A DNA stretch of 28,801 bases, taken from assembly GCA_965369865.1 (NCBI GenBank), contig CBDURU010000035.1, positions 1-28,801 of the forward strand. Reading direction: 5' to 3'. The notes beneath the pieces are model-generated. The model was not told the origin of the DNA. It was given only the letters and a program-made list of their open reading frames with translations, and made no database searches. How positions within the stretch are numbered: the first letter of the stretch is position 1; each line of letters starts with the position of its first letter. The position numbers and the translations under genes are program-made. This DNA comes from an uncultured bacterium. Lineage in GTDB: Bacteria > JAJVIF01 > JAPKYR01. Below, one piece after another: positions 18,485 through 25,278 of this stretch.

Positions 18485-19087
18485 TTATCCCATCCCGACA
18501 AACATCTCGTGAATCCTGACATCTTCTGTCAACTCCGGATGAAACGTCAGTCCTAATATATTCCCCTGACGGATCATGACCGGATCGCCGTCAAGGCTGG
18601 CCAGCACTTCAACACCCTCTCCGGTCCTGATTATCCTTGGTGCCCGGATAAAAACCCCATTGAATTTTTTATCATTTAAAATTGACACTTCAAAATTTGC
18701 TGTGAAACTGTCAACCTGCCTTCCGTATGCATTACGCTCTACACTGATGTCCAGAATCCCCAGCGACTCCTGGCGCGGATATCGAACATCTTTTGCCAGC
18801 AGGATCAATCCGGCACATGTGACCAGTACAGGCTTCCCGTAGAGTACATGTTTTCTTAACAAATCAGTCAGGTTGTGGAATTCCAGCAGTTTGAGGAACG
18901 TTGTCGACTCGCCGCCGGGAATTACTAGGTGAGTAATTTTTTCGAGTTCGTTTCCGGTTCGGACTTCGATGGTTTCTGCATCCAGCTTGTGCAATATGTT
19001 GCGATGCGCGGTGTAATCACCCTGGAATGCAAGTAAGCCGACAAGAATACCGGTATTTTCAGCGGAATTATCCATATTTTCACTCAC
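18485..19087 (-). CDS. pdxT: Pyridoxal 5'-phosphate synthase glutaminase subunit
   Basis: LAFQG, IPGGESTT, TCAG, RNAYGRQVDSF, FIRAP, FHPELT. The start may be the ATG at 19075. Confidence 0.95.
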   Translation of the reverse strand: MSENMDNSAENTGILVGLLAFQGDYTAHRNILHKLDAETIEVRTGNELEKITHLVIPGGESTTFLKLLEFHNLTDLLRKHVLYGKPVLVTCAGLILLAKDVRYPRQESLGILDISVERNAYGRQVDSFTANFEVSILNDKKFNGVFIRAPRIIRTGEGVEVLASLDGDPVMIRQGNILGLTFHPELTEDVRIHEMFVGMG

Positions 19088-19115
19088 TGCCGGGGATATT
19101 TAAAAACGGTTAACC

Positions 19116-19144
19116 TTGACAGGGGCGAGGTGTAATTATATATT
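19116..19144 (+). promoter_or_regulatory. Sigma70 promoter TTGACA-17-TATATT
   Basis: Near-consensus promoter upstream of the ORF at 19188. Confidence 0.7.
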
Positions 19145-19187
19145 GTGAGTAGTGGGAATAAAAGAAATTCTTGAGGAAGGGGAATAA

Positions 19188-19379
19188 ATGGAAGTATCCG
19201 GAATCGATGCAGTTACATCCGGAGTGGCACGTTCTTTGCTTATAGTAAGACAGCTTAAAGACCTGATGGAACTTCAGGGAGAGTTGGTAGTCGATCTAAT
19301 AAACAGCTCGAGAGTACCGGGGCCTGTTGATTTGTCCAATGGCAACGGTATGGGCGGCAGGTTAGATATTCATGCGTAA
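19188..19379 (+). CDS. Small protein resembling the YjfB 'putative motility protein' family
   Basis: 63 aa with promoter and purine-rich SD; 'V..LK..M..Q.....LI...G..LDI.A' pattern recalls YjfB. Confidence 0.6.
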   Translation: MEVSGIDAVTSGVARSLLIVRQLKDLMELQGELVVDLINSSRVPGPVDLSNGNGMGGRLDIHA

Positions 19380-19433
19380 AAAACGGCTTGTGCGGATGGG
19401 AACCAACCCCATAGCCGGTAATTTGAGATCGAA

Positions 19434-19466
19434 GCCAGTCTTTGATTAAAGCTGGCATTTTTGTTT
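19434..19466 (+). terminator. Putative intrinsic terminator between the YjfB-like gene and hpf
   Basis: GCCAG(T)CTTT-GATT-AAAGCTGGC hairpin followed by ATTTTTGTTT. Confidence 0.45.
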
Positions 19467-19503
19467 CTATAAACGGCGCTTGCCGAATTAAAGGAGTTCG
19501 GTT

Positions 19504-20079
19504 ATGGAAATCGCAATTCGTGGAAAAAACATTGAACTGACCGAAGCGTTGAAGGATTACATCGATGATAAGGTTGGAAGGCTGGAGAGGTATTTTGACA
19601 GCATTAACGGGGTGGATGTCACGCTCACGGTTGAAAAAAATCGCTCCATCGAAAATATGCAGCGTGCCGAGGTCACGATGCATGTGAACGGTACCGTGAT
19701 CCGTGCTGAAGAAGCCACGGTAAGTATGTACTCATCCATTGATATCGTAGTTGAGAAACTGGAAAGGCAGCTTAAGAAGTACAAATCCAAGATTTACAAC
19801 TCCATGAGGAATCGGGGCAGGGCAGGTAAAATCAAGGGTATGCCGGTCATACCGGAATCCGCTAAGGGCGGCGGGAACGGTGAGCCCGATGAACCTTATA
19901 TCGCCCGGACCAAGGAAATTACCCTTCGCCCAATGACACCGTCGGAAGCAACCCTCCAGATGGAGCTTCTCGGTCATGATTTTCACCTGTTCCTTAATCC
20001 GGATTCAGGTAATGTTAATCTTGTATACAAAAGGAAAGACGGTAATTATGGTCTTTTGGAGCCGGAATTTATTGCTTGA
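19504..20079 (+). CDS. hpf: Long ribosome hibernation promoting factor (HPF/RaiA/YvyD)
   Basis: IRGKNIELTEALKDYI, MYSSID..VEKLERQLKKYK, PMT..EA..QMELLGHDF, VYKRKDGNYGLLEP; AAGGAG SD. Confidence 0.97.
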   Translation: MEIAIRGKNIELTEALKDYIDDKVGRLERYFDSINGVDVTLTVEKNRSIENMQRAEVTMHVNGTVIRAEEATVSMYSSIDIVVEKLERQLKKYKSKIYNSMRNRGRAGKIKGMPVIPESAKGGGNGEPDEPYIARTKEITLRPMTPSEATLQMELLGHDFHLFLNPDSGNVNLVYKRKDGNYGLLEPEFIA

Positions 20080-20464
20080 TTTCATTTATTATATAGTGTA
20101 GAAAAAGTGAGGTTACCTTAAAACTCCAATTTTATTTCATAAGCCCACAATGTAGTTAATTATTTATATAATGGAAAGGCGGGGTTCCACCCATTTTTTG
20201 CCTTCGCTTGTGAACATGTGAAAATGTTCCTGAAAGGTGAGACAGCACCTTTTTAAGGTCCGGAAATCTGTTAATCACAAGTATCAGTCCCCTACAAATA
20301 CTGATAAACAGTGTAGAGAGCATTGAAAACAGTCACCCTGAGGGGTAAGATATCCGTTTCACGGTCGAAATACTTTTTGACGGGTATCTGTGAGTTTCCG
20401 CATGCATTTTTGTGGATACCATGGTTAATGCATGCATGGTTTATGGATCAGTAGGCAAAAATTA

Positions 20465-21502
20465 ATGTTAAACTGGTTTTACAACAGATTCAGTTACGAT
20501 ATTGGTGTCGATCTCGGTACTGCCAATACACTCGTATTTCTCAAAGGTGTAGGTGTAATTATTCGTGAGCCGTCGGTTGTAGCTATCAACAAGGACAGCG
20601 AGAGGATTGTAGCGGTTGGTGATGAAGCCAAGAAGATGATCGGTCGTACTCCTGCCAACATTATTGCCATTCGTCCGTTGAAGGATGGTGTTATCGCGGA
20701 TTTCGAAACAACCCAGCGCATGCTCGAGTATTTCATCCGCAAAGCGAGGATTCCCGGACGGTTCATTCCACCAAGGCTGGTAATTGGTATCCCATCCGGT
20801 ATCACTGAGGTTGAGAGTAGAGCAGTATATGAAGCATGCAAAAATGCAGGGGCGCGTGAGGTTTATCATATGGAGGAACCAATGGCTGCCGCGATAGGCG
20901 CGGGACTTCCGGTAGATGAAGCTTTCGGGAGCATTATTGTGGATATCGGCGGTGGTACAACCGAGGTAGCTGTCATTTCACTCGGCGGGATCGTCAACTC
21001 GGTTTCCATAAGAATCGCCGGTGACGAATTCGATGAATCGATCGTTAACTTTGCGAAGTTAAAATACAACTTGTTGATTGGAGAGCGAACCTCTGAACGA
21101 ATTAAAATCGAGATCGGCAGCGCTTTCCCACTCAAGGAAGAATTAAGTACTCTAATGCAGGGACGAGACCTGGTTACCGGGCTTCCCAAAACAGTCAGGG
21201 TGACATCGCCCGAGGTCCGGGAAGCACTTGCCGGGCGTGTTAATTCTATTGTTAAAGCGGTTAAGGATGCACTGGAGAAAACCAGCCCTGAGTTATCGGC
21301 GGATGTTTTTGAAAGGGGGATTATGCTTACCGGTGGCGGAGCGCTTTTGAAAAACCTTGACAAGCGCATTGCCCAGGCTACCGGAATCCCGACTTTCCTG
21401 GCGGAACATCCCCTGGATAGTGTTGTTAAAGGAACTGAACGGGTACTTGAAGATATTGAGCGTTTAAAACATGTTCTCATGACTCCTATCAGGCGGAGAT
21501 AA
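20465..21502 (+). CDS. mreB: Rod shape-determining protein MreB
   Basis: DLGTANT, RPLKDGVIADF, EEPMAAAIGAG, DIGGGTTE, LTGGGALL. Start at 20465 (MLNWF) preferred over 20432. Confidence 0.98.
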   Translation: MLNWFYNRFSYDIGVDLGTANTLVFLKGVGVIIREPSVVAINKDSERIVAVGDEAKKMIGRTPANIIAIRPLKDGVIADFETTQRMLEYFIRKARIPGRFIPPRLVIGIPSGITEVESRAVYEACKNAGAREVYHMEEPMAAAIGAGLPVDEAFGSIIVDIGGGTTEVAVISLGGIVNSVSIRIAGDEFDESIVNFAKLKYNLLIGERTSERIKIEIGSAFPLKEELSTLMQGRDLVTGLPKTVRVTSPEVREALAGRVNSIVKAVKDALEKTSPELSADVFERGIMLTGGGALLKNLDKRIAQATGIPTFLAEHPLDSVVKGTERVLEDIERLKHVLMTPIRRR

Positions 21503-21507
21503 AACAA

Positions 21508-22473
21508 GTGAGCGTCCCGCGTCTGCTCGGAATTATCGCGTTGTCCCTTTTCATCGTTTTCGTAGCGACGTTTTTTACCGTGCTCGTACGGCTTTCACGG
21601 GTTGGGGTTACGACCGAGCGATACGCTGAGATACATACACCTGATTTTTCTGAAACGGAACCCGCACAAACAAGGTTCGACCTCCTTGGCCAGGACCCGG
21701 TATCCGGGCGGTTGATTTTCAATGTAAATGCTACCATCCACATCGATAAACCACCGTTTAACATCCTGAACCCCGGTGACGAAGTTATCCTCCGAATCGA
21801 GAACCAGATTCCTGACAACCCGGGCCTTAATGATCTTTCCGCGGTGTACAGAAACCCGACAGGTGATTTTCTTGTTGAATTTGATTTCGGTGAATTATAT
21901 ATGCTGGTTCCCGACCGGAGGGATTTTTATCCCTTTGATGGTTACTCCATAAGATTTAATTACGCTTACTTTATTCCCGGTGACTGGGATGACCCAACCG
22001 GCACCTGGTACGTGCCGGGTGAACTCATCCTCCGAAGCCTTACGAACCTTATTTTCCTGACGCCCGAATACGGAAGTACTGCGATCGGCGCTGACGGTTA
22101 TAAAGTCCTTGTTGCCCGGTTAAGGATAATTCAAATCCTGGCATCCATGCTGATACTGATTGAAGTTCTTTTTCTGGTTTACCTTCTCACCATCGTCAAC
22201 ATGCATGAACTCCTGGCAAAAGGACTTGGGTACGTGGTCGCGATTTTCATTATCAGGACAATTATGGTATCAAGTGCACCACAGTCCCCGACTTTATTGG
22301 ATTACGTGACACTTTTCCTGATCTGCGTCGTTTTCTTTATAATGCTTTTCAAGTCTCTTGGGGGTGCTGAAGAACGCTCGATTATTACCATACCCGAGGC
22401 CTGGACGGACACAATTTTCGGTGGCGGTAAAAAACCGAATGACGTAAGTGAACCGGTTAAAAATGATGACTGA
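21508..22473 (+). CDS. Membrane protein, DUF4436-like, with pLGIC-type YPFD motif
   Basis: N-terminal TM, beta-rich domain with FYPFDGY, three C-terminal TMs and an R...P..PTLLD loop; starts 5 nt after the mreB stop. Confidence 0.65.
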   Translation: MSVPRLLGIIALSLFIVFVATFFTVLVRLSRVGVTTERYAEIHTPDFSETEPAQTRFDLLGQDPVSGRLIFNVNATIHIDKPPFNILNPGDEVILRIENQIPDNPGLNDLSAVYRNPTGDFLVEFDFGELYMLVPDRRDFYPFDGYSIRFNYAYFIPGDWDDPTGTWYVPGELILRSLTNLIFLTPEYGSTAIGADGYKVLVARLRIIQILASMLILIEVLFLVYLLTIVNMHELLAKGLGYVVAIFIIRTIMVSSAPQSPTLLDYVTLFLICVVFFIMLFKSLGGAEERSIITIPEAWTDTIFGGGKKPNDVSEPVKNDD

Positions 22474-22558
22474 TGATTGATTGACTCCTGACTTTAAATG
22501 GCTAAATATAATTTTTAAAGGGATGGGTTCAACACATTTCCTGAAAAGCGCCGACCTG

Positions 22559-23422
22559 ATGTTTCCCCGACGAAGAATAAATCCCATTGCCATCACGATC
22601 GGAATTATCGGTGTCCTGATCGCAGTAGTCATGCTCATTGGTTTACTCGACTTCCCTGGCTGGGTTTTTCGCGGCGCTGGAAGCCTTTTCCCGGCCGGTA
22701 AGCCCGCCGCATATACAGCAGATGAAGTCGAGGAGCTGAGGACAAGGCTTGGCGACCTTGAGGGTGAAAACGCATATCTTCGTGAGCTGATTGCCGGCCT
22801 TCAGGATGAAGCCGAAATCGAAACCATCCAATTTGAGCTGGGATATGATGTGCTGCCGGCTAAAATTATTTACCGCGACCATTCCCGCATGTTTCAAACC
22901 GCGATCATCGACCGCGGAAGTGCCGATGGGGTCGAAATCGGTATGCCGGTTACCGATTCCCAGGGGATTATCGGAAGGATTGTCTCCACAAGTGCTGCTG
23001 TTTCCAGGATAGTTCTCGTCTCCAGTCCGGATTGTTCCTTTGGCGTAATTGACCAGCGCTCAAGGGAGATCGGTGTCATAAGAGGCAGTGACAGCGTTCA
23101 GTGGGAGCCTGGAAGGATACGGCAATCAGGACAGAAACCTTATCTCCTTGTGCTCGAGTACTTCAGCCCGTCAGCGGATATCGGCATTCATGATACACTC
23201 GTTACCAGCGGCCTTTCCGGTATCACCCCTCCAGGGATAAGGGTAGGTGAAGTTGTAGAGATTATCAGCCATGCCGAGCAGGGATGGTTCGAAATCAGTG
23301 TCATGCCTTTCGCCGATCTCGAACACCTTGAGACCGTTGGCATCGTACTTTACGAGGAAGAATTACGTAGTCAGGTGGAAGGACTTCTCGAGGAAACAGG
23401 TACCGGACTTAACCAGCCTTAA
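22559..23422 (+). CDS. mreC: Rod shape-determining protein MreC
   Basis: TM, coiled coil (ENAYLRELI), IDRGSADGV..GMPV, GIIGRI, TSGLSGITPPGIRVG. Start uncertain (22481, 22523 or 22559). Confidence 0.93.
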   Translation: MFPRRRINPIAITIGIIGVLIAVVMLIGLLDFPGWVFRGAGSLFPAGKPAAYTADEVEELRTRLGDLEGENAYLRELIAGLQDEAEIETIQFELGYDVLPAKIIYRDHSRMFQTAIIDRGSADGVEIGMPVTDSQGIIGRIVSTSAAVSRIVLVSSPDCSFGVIDQRSREIGVIRGSDSVQWEPGRIRQSGQKPYLLVLEYFSPSADIGIHDTLVTSGLSGITPPGIRVGEVVEIISHAEQGWFEISVMPFADLEHLETVGIVLYEEELRSQVEGLLEETGTGLNQP

Positions 23423-23455
23423 CGCCCTGCCTGAAATCCCCGAAAATGGTTTGGC

Positions 23456-24829
23456 ATGGTAAAATATCAATCCCGACCGACAACGGCGGGTTTTGTTATG
23501 TGGATTAATTCTTTATTCAAAATTCTGCTGTCACTTTTTACTGAATTCAGGCCGCACCTGGCCCATCTTCTCCTGATGCCTATCTCACCATTGCTTATGT
23601 GGGGTCCGGTAACTCATCTGTACCTGAATAAACGGGCGCTTGATAAAATCAGCCCGGATGAAATTGAGGATGAAAATACTAGGGAAATCCTCCTGGATGA
23701 AAACCTCCGGAAAATTTTCATTAATGGGGGAAACTCGGTCGATCTCATTAAGGCGAATGATCTTCGCAACAGGGAACGATGGTTTGAGTACGCCCATAAT
23801 ACGATTCCAAATTATTTCACCGGCGATCCTGTCATGGGCCGCTACCTCCTTGAGGAGATCGAAAAATCAGGAAACGATCCATTGAAGAGAGCCTGGGCCT
23901 TTGGCTGGCTTGCACACCAGGTTTCCGATGGTTTCGCCCATAAAATTCCGCATGCGGGATGTGAGGGATGGGTGAATTCCAGGCGGGTTCTGGCCGGATA
24001 TTACCGTCCTGAAACCGAGGATGAATCTGTCAGTATCGCGGCTGCACGCATTCAACTTTACGTTGCCGATCACTGGCTTGCCGAAATGCTTACCGACAGT
24101 CTTTGCTATTCGCGCGAGAGAGATTTCATTGATTCCTTTAAAATAGATCTTTCCATTCCGACAAAGGACGAGGTTTTTACGGCGAGTAAAAGAATCCTGC
24201 TTGGGTTTGAAAAACAGCTCGGTCCGGGTTTCGTATATTTTGAGCCGCTGTCGGATGATAAATTAAGGGAAATTGTCAATTACTATCACCTGATAATTCT
24301 TAGTTCGCTGGATGTATACCGTGCAATTTTAAAGGCATATCCGGGTCTCGATTTCGAGGAATACATCGCCCGAAGCCCGAGGATGTCGAGGTTGGATGAG
24401 TTGCTGGACAATTCAATTAACGCGATTGTTAAAATGCTTAAGAATCCGGGCGACCCCTGGAATCCCCACGAATGGCTCCATGATGGTGGCAATGATTTCA
24501 AATTCTCAGTTTATGAATATGAAAGGATCTGGCGTCCCGGACGTTTTACGTTCGGCAGGAAAACCGGCCTGCTTGGCTGGATTTACTACAATAAATCAAC
24601 CGACAGGTTGATCGATTGGGTACGGGACCTGGCAGCAACCTATGATTTCTGGCCGCTCATGAAATTTGGGATCAGCGTGCTTTATGGGAGGGGTAAAAGC
24701 CAGTGGTCGATTGCCGGTACTTTCATCAGGAAACTCATAAACGAGAAACCATCGAACGTTCAGAACACAATGGCAAGCGTCGCGAAACACTGCCGTCTTG
24801 AGAAATACGAGGAGATAATTCCGGATTGA
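23456..24829 (+). CDS. Zinc-dependent phospholipase C / S1-P1 nuclease-fold protein
   Basis: WGPVTH N-terminal metal motif, AH, GWLAHQVSDGFAH (HxxxDxxxH), HWLAEMLTD. The start may be 23498 or 23597. Confidence 0.75.
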   Translation: MVKYQSRPTTAGFVMWINSLFKILLSLFTEFRPHLAHLLLMPISPLLMWGPVTHLYLNKRALDKISPDEIEDENTREILLDENLRKIFINGGNSVDLIKANDLRNRERWFEYAHNTIPNYFTGDPVMGRYLLEEIEKSGNDPLKRAWAFGWLAHQVSDGFAHKIPHAGCEGWVNSRRVLAGYYRPETEDESVSIAAARIQLYVADHWLAEMLTDSLCYSRERDFIDSFKIDLSIPTKDEVFTASKRILLGFEKQLGPGFVYFEPLSDDKLREIVNYYHLIILSSLDVYRAILKAYPGLDFEEYIARSPRMSRLDELLDNSINAIVKMLKNPGDPWNPHEWLHDGGNDFKFSVYEYERIWRPGRFTFGRKTGLLGWIYYNKSTDRLIDWVRDLAATYDFWPLMKFGISVLYGRGKSQWSIAGTFIRKLINEKPSNVQNTMASVAKHCRLEKYEEIIPD

Positions 24830-24856
24830 AATTTTAAAGATATCAATCGAAGTTTT

Positions 24857-25117
24857 TCATCCCCGGGCAGATTCTTCCGTCCTCCCACCGATTACCAGGC
24901 TGCTTTCGGAATCCACACGGTGTTCCGGCGTATATACTTCAGCAGTACCGCGCACACGTATGCCCTCGCCCTTTTCAGGTGCGGCAATTATCAGCACTTC
25001 ACCCTTGTCGAGGCGTTCGGGAACCGGTGTGGGTGACTCTTCCCCGGTCGTGAATAATACTCCAACACCATCTTCAAGGGCTTTAATTAATATTACTGTA
25101 TTTGTTCGTCCGGACAT
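24857..25117 (-). CDS. Divergent TRAP (trp RNA-binding attenuation protein, MtrB)-like protein, 86 aa
   Basis: IKALEDGV, ERLDKGEV, IRVRG.A...T......SE are collinear with B. subtilis MtrB (IKAVEDGV, EKLDKGEV, IKVRGEA...T......SE). ATG at 25117 after a GGTGA SD. Confidence 0.8.
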   Translation of the reverse strand: MSGRTNTVILIKALEDGVGVLFTTGEESPTPVPERLDKGEVLIIAAPEKGEGIRVRGTAEVYTPEHRVDSESSLVIGGRTEESARG

Positions 25118-25136
25118 ATTTTCACCATCCCCTGCT

Positions 25137-25165
25137 ATTATCATCAGAAAAAATAGTGGAGTCAA
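25137..25165 (-). promoter_or_regulatory. Putative promoter TTGACT-17-GATAAT for the TRAP-like gene
   Basis: Near-consensus hexamers with a 17-nt spacer, 20 nt above the ATG. Confidence 0.5.
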
Positions 25166-25220
25166 CAGTCATATCGGGAGGACACTAATAAAAGGTAGAC
25201 TGGTTACTAACCGGATACCT

Positions 25221-25250
25221 TTGAGATACATCATCCTGTATAATTATAGT
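25221..25250 (+). promoter_or_regulatory. Putative promoter TTGAGA-18-TATAGT for the histidine kinase
   Basis: Near-consensus hexamers; an overlapping TATAAT also lies at 25239-25244. Confidence 0.4.
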
Positions 25251-25278
25251 AATAAAATTTATTGACCGGTACGGAATC

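Noticed and set aside
20212..20229. LexA/SOS box
   Set aside because: GAAC and GTTC are 10 nt apart, not the 4 nt of the Gram-positive consensus.
22471..22483. Stop-codon readthrough fusing the DUF4436-like gene to mreC
   Set aside because: Two in-frame TGA stops occur in tandem and mreC is in a different frame.
25118..25278. TRAP-binding (G/U)AG array near the TRAP-like gene
   Set aside because: Only two correctly spaced triplets (TAGtgGAG). I saw no long NAG-nn array in the intergenic regions; a computational scan is needed.
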